From: Eledone cirrhosa
Lineage: Eukaryota
Direction: 5' to 3'
Length of the DNA stretch: 64,000 nucleotides
Assembly: GCA_964016885.1 (NCBI GenBank)
Contig: OZ024747.1
Coordinates: 36,208,001-36,272,000, forward strand
The notes under the pieces are model-generated. The model made no database searches. It was given only the letters and a program-made list of their open reading frames with translations, and was not told the DNA's origin. The position numbers and the translations under genes were made by a program. Numbering within the stretch: the first letter of the stretch is position 1; every line of letters begins with the position of its first letter. This document shows, piece by piece, positions 1-16,740 of the stretch.

Positions 1-197
1 TTCATTAAAGGGTAACCGCGTAGGATAAATTTTACTCATGTTATATGTTTTGTCAGCTGGGTTGAAGAATAGTTTCTCTAAGGGGTTGTCATTATATCTA
101 TCGTCATAGTTGTGTGTGTTGCTATTATTTTTTTATTATGGTTGTTGTTGTTCCTACCATTAACATTATTATTATTGCTATGATTGTTAGATGTATT

Positions 198-370
198 GTT
201 GCAACCGAAGTAAAACAGGAAGACGATACTTTGTTTCGTGACGACGATCTCTGGCAATGAACAGAAAAAATCGAAGATAATACGTCGTTATGTGGAGCGG
301 TGAGAAAAATTACACGCCAAGACAAAACCACGTTTATGGTATAAATGAAATCGTAGACTAATATTCTATT
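198..370. repeat. Dispersed copy of the repeat at 23732-24020
   Basis: gttgcaaccgaag...acaggaagacgatactttg...gacaaaaccacgtttatggtataaatgaa...taatattctatt aligns by eye with 23732-23905. Confidence 0.75.
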
Positions 371-789
371 TAGAAAATCGAATGATTCTCGGCTTCAGAG
401 TTAAGAATAATGTTAATAAATTAGTAGAATGAAAATGACCGAGGTTATTGAAATCAATAATAATTAAATATATACATACACGCATCCATATACGTACATA
501 CACATGCATACGCGAAAACACCCGCAATGCATGCATATACGAGCACGTACACATAAACACGCGCACACTTACATAGACCCACGCGACACCAGTACCAGCA
601 CATATACAAATGTATACACCAAATACACATAAAAATATATATAAGCGTGTTTGGGGTTTATAAATATACACATATAAATCCGTATATAACGCACGCAAAC
701 ACAAACCTACATGTAAATACACATATGTTCACCAAACGTACGTCAACCAAAACACAATGTACACATATACACACCTTACATACGTGCAA

Positions 790-942
790 ACGCGCATACA
801 CGCATATACACACTAACACAAAATACACATATACACATAACCATATATACATGTACCAGTATATATAATATACTGGTACATGTGTATATGGTTATGTGTA
901 TATGTGTATTTTGTGTTAGTGTGTGTATGCGTGTATGCGCGT
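790..942. repeat. Near-perfect palindrome, arms ~75 bp
   Basis: acgcgcatacacgcat...catgtaccagtatat is mirrored by atatactggtacatg...atgcgtgtatgcgcgt around ~866. Confidence 0.9.
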
Positions 943-1036
943 AAGGTACACTTACCTATACAAATAAGTAATGGTATAAACATAAAATATACTTAGCTAC
1001 CACATCAAGACGTTAAATATCCGCGTATTGTTCGTA

Positions 1037-1455
1037 TTATCCGTTAGGGTATAATGTGGGGCGGTAATGCAGGAAAGTTTTATGCAATTTGTGTTTACAG
1101 GGCGAAATTGCCTCAGATTTTTTGTTTAAGATGTATTCACTGGCGTTGAGTATTTCCAGGGCTTCAGCGGCGCAAAGATCGCACGGTCTCTTATTTCGGT
1201 TATACGATCTAGCTTTAGCTAGGATCTCCCAGTGTAAGCTATATTGGGTGTGGTTGTCTTTTAGACTCCAGATATAATCTGAGAGTGACGTCATTTTCCT
1301 TCCTAAAGAGTTAAGAAAAAATGGGTGTGCATGTAAAGAAGCTGCTTGAATCTATTGGCATTTATATGGTATAACCCACTGTATAATATGGACGTGGCCA
1401 CACCATTAGCTACGATATTTCTCTCCCTTATTAAGTAGCATTTCCCCTCAGGATG
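1037..1455 (-). pseudogene. Decayed C-terminal GIY-YIG endonuclease region of a Penelope-like element
   Basis: TSLSDYIWSLK...WEILAKARSYN...CDLCAAEALEIL...ILNKKSEAISPCKH matches the PLE endonuclease C-terminal pattern (T.LS.YIW.LK...C.LC..E...I...LNK+SE....CRH). Upstream degenerate PEGKC...YSGL...FKQ. Confidence 0.75.
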
Positions 1456-1481
1456 TTAGTCTTCAAATGTATTATTACCAT

Positions 1482-1518
<37 letters not shown>

Positions 1519-1725
1519 ATTTACAAATTTTAGTACAGCATCAACGAAGCTTTTAGCAGTAGCCAAGCTAACGAATGCAGATTCGGTGTGCAGCTAAGCA
1601 CTCAATGGAGAATATTACCCCAGAGTTACAACATTACGTTTAGACAGCTTTGCAAATCAAATACAGCAACCGATAGTCGGGCCGCATTGCCATAGCGACG
1701 AAAAAAGCTTAACTCAGGAGAAATG

Positions 1726-1798
<73 letters not shown>

Positions 1799-3081
1799 AT
1801 ATGCACGCACAGAGAGTACAATTAAGAATTATTAAGTCTCACTTCAAATTGACGGTTTATTTACGCTACTCGGCTAGTATGTATACCATGCTTATCACCA
1901 CAGTACGCTCAGTAATCGAAGAGGAGACAATATATTCATGTTTTATGTGGAAGTACTTAACTATGAGGAACAAGTATACCTCATCTATGTTATGTTAGAC
2001 ATTGAAGTAAAAAAGGGTTCTGAAACTTTAATCAACAAAACATTCCTATACGTTTGTACATGTATGTATATGCAATCATGAAATTCTGAGAGCATATCAA
2101 CAAACCTCAAATGCTTAACTACTTTATATGGAAATCGATAAAGCAATGATTGATACACTTCTACAAACAATTTGTACCGTAATTCAGTCTTGATTGTTAT
2201 AATCAATATTCAAATGAAATATTTTAAAATGTTATATACATTTTACCGAAACTTTCGTTGAATGTAGATTTACACAGATCACACAATATAAATCTAAAGT
2301 TGATGTACATATATTAAGCTACAGGTAAGCAATACCTCTAATTTTATATATTTTAGCCTAATCATGGCTTCAGATTGAAATGGAAGCTATAGAAAGTTCC
2401 ATAAAATTTAATATGTATTGCTTTTCAAATAATGTAATATTATATCTATTTCGAGATATAGGAGAATATACTGCTATGATTCTATCCTGAAATGTATGTC
2501 CTTTATGCCCCGATGCATGGCTCTGGATTGAATATTTTATCCCGTGTATTCATTCAAGTATTTGAATCTGGAATGATCACCAATCAACTTCAGACTAAGG
2601 TAATCAGTAAGCTACTTAACATTTAAAATCAAACTTTAACACCTGCCGTATCTTTACGTTCAGTATTAATTGAAAAGTCTATGGAGACATTGGCACTAAT
2701 GATATTGATGTCAAGTCATGTTAATAATTTTCTGTTGAAATTTGGCTACATAAGTGTTACAGATTCTTTGTAATGCTCTATTCGGAGAAACTAAATTTCA
2801 GTTGGGAAATTTTCTAATTTTACGCAGTATCATGTAGTTTCTCTGAGCTTGTGTGACATTATGGTTGCGATATTATCTATAGACTGAGCGTTCTCAACAA
2901 CAGACGAATATATACTTATATTCTTGAGTACTTCAAAAGGAGTTAAAGGAAAATGATAAGAAGACGAAATATAATAAGGCTGAAATGTTGCATCTCTTTT
3001 TGAATCTTGTTATTTATAACCATTCAAACATGAAAACACACTTGGCTGTCTCTCACTCTCAAATATATACTGACCCCACTC

Positions 3082-3160
<79 letters not shown>

Positions 3161-3718
3161 CACATACGATATATGATATACGATCTAATGTTATTCAAAA
3201 ATCGCATATATTTTTCTGTAGCGTAAAATAATTCCCGGCAATGATCAATGAACGCTAACAAAGTACTTGTTATTAATATGTCGTTCCATCTATTGCACCA
3301 CCAATTTGGTGCTATTTGTGGTAACATTTTTACAGTTAGTTGTGTGTTTCGTGATGCAGATTAAGGTGATTGGAAAATGTCTTACTTTATATAACACTGT
3401 GTAAAGTAATATATTTTTTTAACAAAATATGCATTCTCCTAAACTTACTTCCTTTGAATATGCGATGAGATTTTATTCGAAGATGTAATGTTATATTCAA
3501 GACAAACTTGAAGGCTTGTCATCTGTGAATAAAATATTTCTGTTGTTGAAACATGAATGATAACAATTCTATAAATTCGGCTACTTAGACTTTTTAGAAT
3601 TACTGACATCTAACGTATAGTGGATGGGATTTATTGAGATAGTGTTCAGACAGACCTATGATTGAATAGTTTTGAAGGGAAATGTTCGAGGAAAGTAATT
3701 AGAGAGCCACCTCAATAC

Positions 3719-5430
<1,712 letters not shown>

Positions 5431-5499
5431 TATATATATGTGTGCATGTATGTCCGAGGAAACAATGTTTCCATTGGTCTTTCCAATTGCTAATATTAT

Positions 5500-5622
5500 A
5501 TATTCGGTCGCAACTCCAGGTAGAAGGAGTACCGTAAAATAAAATGCTATTCCCAAGGACATAACGAATCTTCCGGTCCGGGAATCGAACTCATAACCTC
5601 AATATTTCGAATCCAATTCTCT
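5500..5622 (-). mobile_element. Old tRNA-related SINE remnant (second family)
   Basis: cccaaggacataacg...ccgggaatcgaactc gives a B-box-like GAGTTCGATTCCC on the minus strand. A possibly related decayed head lies at ~43340-43420 (+). Confidence 0.45.
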
Positions 5623-6041
5623 ATACATACATACTGTCAGACACACACACACATACACAATTATAAATATATATATATATATATTGTTATACTTTGGGAG
5701 GGTCATGTTGCCAATAAGAAACACACGCACCAGTTGCTTTCACTTCAATTTATTATATATTTATAAATCTCCACAACCAAATATTTGTTTATATATAGTC
5801 ATAGTTCTTTCGTCACACACTCTGTGACCTCTTCAATGACTGGGGATTCCTTTCTTTGTTTCTGTGCATCTCCTTTGTTCTGTCCTACGCCATTTTGTTT
5901 CTGTGTGTGTGTTGTGTGCTCAGTCTGCGCATGCGCCACATCCGGGTGTCTGTGTGTGTTTATGTTCATTTATTTATTTGTTTATTTACATGTTACTGGT
6001 TGGTTGTTTGTCCCGTGTGTGTGTGTGTTTTCATTTTGTCC

Positions 6042-6962
6042 TTAATTGTAAGTTGTGATGTTGCTGTTCCACTCATATTTTCTATTTTATTTTGGTTGTA
6101 ATTCTTTTATGTTTATTGCCTCTGTAATTTGTCTAAACATTGCGTCTTTTATGTGTGTAGATTCTATTTTTATTTCTATGTTCTCTAATTTACCCTTGTG
6201 TTCTATCTTAGCATGTTGGTAGAGTACAGGTGATTCTTTATTATCTTGAAGGTCTCACCAGTGTTCATTTATCCGTTCCCCTACACTACGAGCTGTCTCA
6301 CCTATGTACACTATATTTTTGTCTCTACATTGTCCTTCAGTACATCTTATGCTATACACTACATTTCTAGTTTTACAGTTAATATGGGGGCTTATTTTAC
6401 AGGTTATACATTTCTTATCTATACATGAGGGTCTTTGAAAAGGGTATGTCTTGCTAATAAGTGTTTTTACGGAGGTACCTGGTCTTTCTACTATCTTAAT
6501 ATTGAGTTTATGTTTATTTAGGGCCCTTCTAAATTTGTGAGCTAATTCACCTCTAGGGGTTGTATTGATGAACATTACACTCTGGTATTTATTGCTATCA
6601 TACCATCAGTTTATTATATTAGCCTTGTTCCTAGTTCTTTCTATTCTATTCCAAAATTTGCTCCTATACAAGGGGCAGGTCCCATTTATGTCATTATTTA
6701 CCATTTTTTCCCATTTGGTTCTCGCTCCTCTATACACTCTGATTTTATCTCTCTGGTTGTAGCCAGAGAACTGCATACGGTGGATGAAGTGTTGTATGTG
6801 TCTCTATAGTTCTTCGGGGTTGCACATGCGGGACACATTTCTCATCACCCGTACCAAATCCGCAATCAGTATGTTGATTTTTGTATGGTCCGAAATGGCC
6901 GAGTTTCGGTGGATCAGATGTTTGGAAGTCATGGGTTTGGCATAATGGGAATGGAGGATTTG
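6042..6962 (-). pseudogene. Inverted duplicate of the PLE thumb / GIY-YIG coding region
   Basis: ORF 6255-6575 is nearly identical to ORF 8273-8593. Confidence 0.9.
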
Positions 6963-8806
6963 GGACCACCAACACGGCCAGTCTGTGGGGCTAACATTGC
7001 TAGTAACTACAGACTGTCCTACTTCATCTCCCTGATCATACGCCCCATCATTGAAATGTCCCCAGATGTATGTGACAGCACGGAGGACCTCCTCAGCAGG
7101 ATCGGCGTGAGTAACCGATCTGGGGACCTAACAAACTGCATAATAGGCAGTATGGATGTTGTGTCCCTGTATCCATCTATTGACGTGGATTTTGCTTTGG
7201 AGAAATGCGTAGAAATGATCAGTGAGAGCTAGGTTGAGTTCCGTGGGATTGATACCAGGGAGCTGTACGCCTACTTAAGCATACCTATAGTAATAGTTAC
7301 CTTGACACATATGACCTTAGCAACCTGTGCCCTACAAGACCAGCAAGAGGCAGACCACCTACCATTACCTCAATGGCCAAGAAAACCCACACAGATAGAT
7401 GGAACGGGTGGCCCAGAGCCATACGGACACCCGAAAACCACGATGAACTGAAGAAAATGATTGCACATGCGGTAGGGGCCAGCATAAAACTAACCCTTAA
7501 GGAACATATGTTCAAATTTAATGGAAAAACATATGCACGAGAGGAAGGAGCAGCCATTGGTGTTAGCATTGCAGGCGACATAGCTAACTTATTCATGGTA
7601 TGGTGGGACAGTAGACTTAAACTTAAACTTAAAGAACAATTAGAAGACCCCTTATCCCTGATAATGTACTCCCGCTACGTAGATGATATAAACATCGTAG
7701 TTATGACACCCCCACTAGAGAACAGTCAGGAACTAGAGAAAAACACAATGGAAAGCATCCAGCAAATAGCAAACTCCATCCACCAGAGCATTAGAGTTAC
7801 TATAGACTACCCAAGTAAACACCCCAACCATCGATTACCTGTACTAGACACAGAGCTCTGGTTAGATACCATTAACAACAAAAAACAAATCCTCCATTCC
7901 CATTATGCCAAACCTATGACTTCCAAACATCTGATCCACCGAAACTCGGCCATTTCGGACCTTACCAAAATCAACATACTGATTGCGGATTTGGTACGGG
8001 TGATGAGAAATGTGTCCCGCATGTGCAACCCCGAAGAACTATAGAGACACATACAACACTTCATCCACCGTATGCAGTTCTCTGGCTACAACCAGAGAGA
8101 TAAAATCAGAGTGTATAGAGGAGCGAGAACCAAATGGGAAAAAATGGTAAATAATGACGTAAATGGGACCTGCCCCTTGTATAGGAGCAACTTTTGGAAT
8201 AGAATAGAAAGAACTAGGAACAAGTCTAATAGAATAAACTGATGGTATGATAGCAATAAATACCAGAGTGTAGTGTTCATCAATACAACCCCTAGAGGTG
8301 AATTAGCTTACACATTTAGAAGGGCCCTAAATAAACATAAACTCAATATTAAGATAGTAGAAAGACCAGGTACCTCCGTAAAAACACTTATTAGCAAGAC
8401 ATACCCTTTTCAAAGACCCTCATGTATAGATAAGAAATGTATAACCTGTAAAATAAGCCCCCATATTAACTGTAAAACTAGAAATGTAGTGTATAGCATA
8501 AGATGTACTGAAGGACAATGTAGAGACAAAAATATAGTGTACATAGGTGAGACAGCTCGTAGTGTAGGGGAACGGATAAATGAACACTGGTGAGACCTTC
8601 AAGATAATAAAGAATCATCTGTACTCTACCAACATGCTAAGATAGAACACAAGGGTAAATTAGAGAACATAGAAATAAAAATAGAATCTACACACAGAAA
8701 AGACGCAATGTTTAGACAAATTACAGAGGTAATAAACATAAAAGAATTACAACCAAAATAAAATAGAAAATATGAGTGGAACAGCAACATCACAACTTAC
8801 AATTAA
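6963..8806 (+). pseudogene. PLE reverse transcriptase + Cys-rich linker + GIY-YIG endonuclease (stops and frameshifts)
   Basis: PPTRPVCGA, GSMDVVSLYPSI, EGAAIG...IANLFMVWWD, YSRYVDD, LPVLD; then C..KKCITC...NCKTRNVVYSIRC...YIGETARS...R..EH; read past the stop, RQITE..I and NRKYEW. Confidence 0.92.
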
Positions 8807-9006
8807 GGACAAAATGAAAACACACACACACATAGAACAAACAACCAACCAGTAACATGTAAATAAACAAATAAATAAATGAACATAAACACACACAGAC
8901 ACCCGGATGTGGCGCATGCGCAGACTGAGCACACAACACACACACAGAAACAAAATGGCGTAGGACAGAACAAAGGAGAGGCACAGAAACAAAGAAAGGA
9001 ATCCCC

Positions 9007-9051
9007 AGTCACTGAAGAGGTCACATAGTGTGTGACGAAAGAACTATGACT
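9007..9051 (+). ncRNA. Minimal type I hammerhead ribozyme in the PLE 3' region
   Basis: AGUCA CUGAAGA G GUCACA-UAGUG-UGUGAC GAAA GAAC UA UGACU, predicted cut after 9046. Mirror copy 5797-5841 (-) has C3U. Confidence 0.8.
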
Positions 9052-9255
9052 ATATATAAACAACTATCTGGTTGTGGAACCAACCAACCAACCAGAAATT
9101 TATAAATTTATAAATTTATAAATATATAATAAATTGAAGTGAAAGCAACTGGTGCGTGTGTTTCTTATTGGCAACATCACCCTCCCAAAGTATAACAATA
9201 TCGGTTTCAACACACGATTTCAGATAAAGAATCTTGCTAAACAAATTCAGAAACG

Positions 9256-9381
<126 letters not shown>

Positions 9382-9829
9382 GTGTGCGTGTGTTTGTGCA
9401 TTTGTGTGTGTGTGTGTGTGCGTGTAAATATATGATAAGTATTTCCGTAGACAAGGTAAAAGAAAGAAGAATACTCTGTGTATAGTACAGAGATACTTAA
9501 TTACATAATAAACATCCAAATGAAATTATTTTATTACCAAAGTCTTCAGAAAACTAGATGATTTGTACAGAAACGTCCAGTTCGTTCACCAGATGAAATA
9601 GTTATGATTCAGATAGATATATAAATGTAAATGAGTTAAAATAACCACTAATAACGGAAGATGTGTTACATACATGTTCATACACCTTTGAACATACATA
9701 CATGTACAGACACATAATAATACATGTGCGCATCTATACGTACATCTAATTACACACTTACATAAGTATATAAAAACATCAACCACATATACACACTCGT
9801 ACATATACGTACATACACACACACACATA

Positions 9830-9980
<151 letters not shown>

Positions 9981-10066
9981 TTGATTATTCAACGAATTAA
10001 ATTTTACAATAGATTATAAGCACTCGAGAAAATTTATCTGGAATATCTATAATATATTATCTTTAA

Positions 10067-10269
10067 TATATTATCATAACCAAAGTATATATTTTATTAT
10101 AAATATTTCAAAGGTACAATGGTGCCACTACAGGAATTGAAGATTGAAGGCCTTAGCGGTATGTCGTATATCCAATCTCTTATATATTATATCTGATGAG
10201 AACGTACTGAAACACCATTGTACCTTTGAAATATGTATAATAAAATATATACTTTGGTTATGATAATAT
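10067..10269. repeat. Inverted repeat (10067-10125 / 10211-10269) with a decayed hammerhead-like motif at ~10186-10240 (+)
   Basis: attatcataaccaaag...ggtacaatggtg mirrors caccattgtacc...ctttggttatgataat. CUGAUGA gaacgtac...gtaccttt GAAA present, but stem I/III register is imperfect. Confidence 0.65.
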
Positions 10270-10306
10270 TTCTCATTTATTAATATTTTGAATAATATTA
10301 AATATT

Positions 10307-10373
10307 GGGGTCGATAAAATAAAGTACCAGTAATACACTGCGTAATTGCTGGCCTTGTGCCAAAAGTAGAAAC

Positions 10374-10419
<46 letters not shown>

Positions 10420-10602
10420 GTTTCTACTTTAGGCACAAGGTCAGCAAAACCAGTACATTACTGGTACTTTATTTTATCGACCCCGTATTGATGAAAGGCA
10501 AAGTTAACCACGGAGGGATATGAACACAGACTGTAAAGGGTCGTAAAGTATCTATGTAAGAAAGCATGGCGTCCAACCCTCTAACGATATTGCCAATTCA
10601 CC

Positions 10603-10605
<3 letters not shown>
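10307..10605. mobile_element. Tail-to-tail SINE pair around (TA)n: 3' fragment 10307-10377 (+) and full copy 10416-10605 (-)
   Basis: ggggtcgataaaataaagtaccagtaat...agtagaaacaatt and its reverse complement. Same family as 19419-19608. Confidence 0.85.
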
Positions 10606-10675
<70 letters not shown>

Positions 10676-10676
10676 A

Positions 10677-10731
<55 letters not shown>

Positions 10732-10732
10732 A

Positions 10733-10835
<103 letters not shown>

Positions 10836-11018
10836 AAAGTATGTGTTCCTACATGTAAAAAATACATATAGGGATTCAAGTATTGTCCAACCGTATGCAA
10901 GTGTGTTTCTATGGTAGGTTAGTAAATTAACAAACCAGAACATATAAAATCAAGGTTTAGCAAATAGAGAAAAAGTTTTAAAATAAATTTTAAAAAGTTC
11001 GCTGTACTTACTATATGT

Positions 11019-11100
11019 GCCTTTACCTCGGTTTCCAATCCCCAAATAAACAGATAATCCAAGCGGAGATTCTTTGAGAAAGAGATTTTCGTCAGAAGGC
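11019..11100 (-). ncRNA. Type I hammerhead ribozyme, ~185 nt upstream of a (TA)n tract
   Basis: Minus strand: GCCUU CUGACGA A-AAUCUC...GGGAUU-G GAAA CCGAGG UA AAGGC. Perfect stem I, intact core, A.G at base of stem II. Confidence 0.72.
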
Positions 11101-11369
11101 TTTTCTCGCTCGGAGAATATAAAATTCTCGAGTTCAAATCACAAACTGGCGCCACACAAGACTATTCCCGAATGAGAGTGAATGAGGAAAGAAACACTCC
11201 TGTCTTGTGCCGCGTATAAAGACAGAAAGCAGGGCGGACAGGTCAATGGCCTGCTACTGAAAATAGCAGCAGTTCAAACGACCAAAGGATTTCTCAACCT
11301 TAGGTGTGAATAATAATAAAAGTAGGTGTTCCTTCATGTAAATAACTAATGCTATTATCCACCGTAGAA

Positions 11370-12066
11370 CAAGGAGGATTAATCATTTAAAAAGGTAATA
11401 TTTGAAGCCCTAGCTAAGCTTTAATTAGTTACCTACCTAGCTATGTGTGATTGCACACTTTACAAATTATCCCTTATGATTGTTTCATGTGTTTATTTTA
11501 AATATATATATATGTCAATCAATTTCTAATTGATATAAAATACTCGGATCTATTCATTGAAATCTTTGAGCTTATTCTACGGTGGATATGGCGTATGTCT
11601 CGGACGTAACTCCCGTAATTTAACTTAATTTAATTAATTTTGAATATATACACGGTTCTTTAATTGTACAGCTAAATCAGTTGAAAGGACTCAGCTGCTA
11701 TTTATAGCTGTCGATCACCCTATTCACGCAACTGGGGTGACGCTAGCATGTTGGTAGTTTTAGAATTGCAACACGTGCGACGGGTTACTCGGTGATTTGC
11801 ATTTGATGTGTAAACACAGATAGTTAAATATTCGCCCTTGCTGAAGATCCGTTTTGACTACTGGGATTAATTGGTGAAATATATTTCTTTAACAAAATAT
11901 ATACAGGGAGGATTAATCATTTAAAAAGGTAATATTTGAAGCACTAGCTATATTTTAATTAGTTGCCTACCTAGATATGTGTGATTGCACACTTTACAAA
12001 TTATCCCCTGTGATTGTTTCATGTGTTTATTTTAAATATATATATATGGCAATCATTTTCTAGTTG

Positions 12067-12070
<4 letters not shown>
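11370..12070 (+). repeat. Direct repeat (~165 bp, period 534) whose second copy starts at a decayed hammerhead (11836-11908)
   Basis: ca(a/g)ggaggattaatcatttaaaaaggtaatatttgaagc... at 11370 and 11904. CCUUG CUGAAGA ... cAAAA UAUA UA CAGGG. Confidence 0.7.
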
Positions 12071-12138
<68 letters not shown>

Positions 12139-12345
12139 GTTTATATAGGTACGTTACATATGTTTTTCTACGTACGGTTTTATGTGTATATATATGTATG
12201 TTTCGTATAAGTATATGCTTAATAAATTTATATATATATCATACGTTGAGTTAGAAACTCAAAATAGTATTTTACAATTAAATAGCTCAAAGAAAGAATT
12301 TTTTCCGAGCCGTGTAAAATAATATGATTGAATATATGAGAGAGA

Positions 12346-13076
<731 letters not shown>

Positions 13077-13326
13077 ATATATGTATATTTACATGTGTAT
13101 GTACATGTATGTAAACATTTTTTTCCATTATGCGATGTCATTTTAACCCAGCCTCACTTTCATTTTTAATAGAAATTAACTTAAAATCTTATATCCAAAC
13201 CATAATTTTTCTTCTGATAAAAGAGCTGAATATTTCTGTAAGAATCGTCTAGTTTCCTGAAACCTTTGGTAGTTGTATAAACATATTGTATTGTTTATTA
13301 TTTAATTAATATATATATATATATAT

Positions 13327-14114
13327 GTATTGAAATTTCCGTTTAAAATTGAAAAAGTCATAGGAGTGAAGAGTACTCTATGTAAGTACAAGAGCTAAAT
13401 TTAATGTATAATAAACAATGCAATATAATTACCTCATTACCAGTGGTTTCCCGAATAAGACGAATACGAAAAACGTCCTCATTCGTTGATCGGACAAGGC
13501 AATTTAAAACATAGTGAAATATTTGAAAAATCTCCTCAAGAAAGGCAAGAGTTTAACGGGCAAAAAATATATATGAATAAAAGTAATGCAAGAGATATAT
13601 AAAAAAATAAGGAAATATAGTTAGGGTATGTGTATATGTATGTATATTCACTCATAAATGTACATATGTGTGTATGTACAAATGCATGTGTATACTGAAA
13701 ATATGTGCGTAAGTACATATATGAGGGCAAGTATATTTGTGTATGTGTGACCACAAATACGTATATAATATTAGTTGAAAAAGAAATTGTAAGATAATAT
13801 AGTTAACATACATCCAGATACAGGTATTAAATATATACACATACGAGTATGAAAGCACGCGTATAAACACACACACACGATCACTTATATGCGGAAGATA
13901 AAGAGGGAAGGGGGTGTAATAGTAAAAGGAATGTCATTCTCGATACATGTATAAAAATGAAACAATATATGAGAATGAAAAATATTTTTAAATCAAAGAG
14001 AAAGTTAGAGGGAGGGGTTATCAATTATAAGTTAACACTAGAAAAAAAGAAAACAAACATAGGTACGCACGTACACACACATATATATATATATATATAT
14101 AAATATACATATAT

Positions 14115-14145
<31 letters not shown>

Positions 14146-14248
14146 ACTACGTACAGACAAAAGCGCATGCATGCGTACATACATACACACGAAGCACATA
14201 TATATATATATCGCCACATGTATATCTAATCACACGTACGTATGCGAC

Positions 14249-14280
<32 letters not shown>

Positions 14281-14297
14281 TACACACCCATACATAC

Positions 14298-14341
<44 letters not shown>

Positions 14342-14872
14342 TTATACACATATATTCACCCATATACACACACATGTATAAATAAGAATGTAAAAAAAAT
14401 AGATATAAAAACACACATACACAAACATATATACGCGCACACGCACACATACGGAGGCGTTCGTATACATATACAGAACGCATACACACACATGCACACT
14501 CACACGCATAGATACAAATTATAAAGCAGCCGTATGAATAAATGAATACAAATATAAAAGCGGGTGCGAAACAACAGAATATATCTGGAGTTGAAAACGC
14601 AAGTGACATGTAGTATCAAGTAGTGAAAGAAAATGGGGGAAGTAAAATGTGGAATGGGAAGATATTAGGTAAGTGAATCAAAAAGTAGTGGGGGGGGGGG
14701 ATTCACTGGTGGATGCGAAGTAAAAATAAAAATAAAATTAAAAGTAAAATAAAATAAAATTAAAAATAATAATTGCCATGTCCGATGAACGAATGAGGAG
14801 TTTTTCCTATTCGTCTTATTCGGGAAACCTCTGGTAATGAGGTAATTATATTGTATTGTTTATTATACATTA
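13327..14872. mobile_element. Fold-back element: arms 13402-13504 / 14771-14872, each with a variant hammerhead; one-sided tail 13327-13401; (TA)n flanks
   Basis: Plus arm: AAUUGCCAUGU CCGAUGA A-CGAAUGAGGA...UCUUAUUCG-G GAAA CCUCUGG UA AUGAGGUAAUU. A more decayed relative lies at ~13210-13300. Confidence 0.65.
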
Positions 14873-16461
14873 TATATATATATATATATATATATAAATA
14901 TATATATATATTTATTAAAATAACATATTTTAGTCTTGAAATTTATTATTATTACTATATATATATATATGTTGATTTGTTCATCAGTACGCATGTGTGT
15001 ATGAAACAGTTTAACCGCGAGTTTACCGCGATTCCGTTACGGGGAAAAATATAATATCTTGCATTCTCGCTATTGGAAAGTTAATACCATTTTGATGAAT
15101 AGTATTGATCAACTATTTTGATGAACTATAATTGAAGATTTATTTGTATGTATGCCTGAGGAATGAGATTTTAACTGAGGTATATAAGTCTATTAACCAC
15201 CGTGAATATAATTGTATTATATGTTACATTTAAAATATTAGAATATATTTAATCTATTCCGTTAAGGCAATACCGTTGCTATTCAAAACAATTCGTATAT
15301 AATTGGAATCATAATTTGCAATCAAATATAACGGATTTAAAACATTTCGTATCAAAGATCACATAAGCTCAAATGTTTATTGTTCTCTTGTCAAACTCAC
15401 GTATCATAAATGTAATACAGGAAAGGTCTTATTTGCCTTTCGCTACTCCATTGCATTGTGCTGTGATCGGTACTATGGAAGATTTGTCAACGGAAATCTT
15501 ATCAAAAACTTTTTTAATGTAATTGTATGTTTCGGTGTATGGGGTCAATTTGATTCCATATATTAATTGAAATGCCTACCAAAAGGAGATGTTTTGGTAT
15601 ATGATACATTCGTGTAGATAAACCGTAATGAAATTTATTATAATTTATAACTGTGATATAAAAATTATTGTATTTTAGTACATATATATTATCAATATTT
15701 GAACGTTCTTTAACGATTTAGTTGAATATGAATTTCTGTATTTGAAGCTCGCGTAGGTATTATTTGACAGAAATACACATTTAAATCTTGAATGCAGCTA
15801 ACAAGTGCGTTTATAGCCTAATGCTTTACCAAATAATACACATTCAAACGTTGAAGAATGTGAATACACTGAAGTTTGCACTTACAGAAATACTACATCT
15901 CTTAGGAAATGTAACGTACGAAATAGCGTTGTAATCATTATAAGCCTTAAGTTGATATGTTCTCCTGTTCAACGCACTACGACAGTTAAAATGACAACAG
16001 CCATGAAATAATCATCTATGAAATGACAATTACATTATTACGTTTCTGATCCGATTTTATCTTTTGCAAAACATCACTGCCTCAGATGTTTAAAAGAAAA
16101 TAATAGCTGAGAAACAAAATTACCTTTAGCGCGTAGTAAATTTGTAGCAGATTAATAATCATTCTAATCGTTATTTTATATGTCACTAGCATTAAAGCCC
16201 AGGGTCATTAAGTTACCAAAGTTAGGTTGCACCACCCATTTTATGGCAGCACTTTTTTGTCTGCCAGCCACTGGGTGAATGAATTGCAGACCTGGAAGCA
16301 GGAGCTGCGCCAGTAGTGACAATTGTAGTTTCGCCTATGGATATTATCTCTGTGCAAAAAAGTGTTGAAATTTATTGTTTCACAGTACTTGCGCAACACG
16401 CGCGTAGACGATGCCAGCCGAAAAACAGAGCTGCGATGGAGTTGTTCTGCATGGTTGTCTG

Positions 16462-16740
16462 TGTGTTTTCTAAATTTAAGACAGTAGGGAGGGTTGTGAT
16501 ATGAGGGAGAGTTAGCTGTTGTTTCTAGCAGGTTTAGTGACCTCATAGAGGATATGTGTTTTCTAAATTTAAGACAGTAGGGAGTGGTGTGATATGGGGG
16601 AGAGTTAGCTGCTGTTTCTAGCAGGTTTAGTAACCTCATAGAGGATATGTGTTTTCTAAATTTAAGACAGTAGGGAGTGGTGTGATATGGGGGAGAGTTA
16701 GCTGCTGTTTCTAGCAGGTTTAGTGACCTCATAGAGGATA
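16462..16740. repeat. 93-bp tandem repeat x3
   Basis: tgtgttttctaaatttaagacagtaggga... at 16462, 16555 and 16648. Confidence 0.95.

Noticed and set aside
9550-9585. Hammerhead-like aact...gatga...GAAA CG UC cagtt
   Set aside because: The core start is missing and stem II is unclear, so it is too decayed to call.
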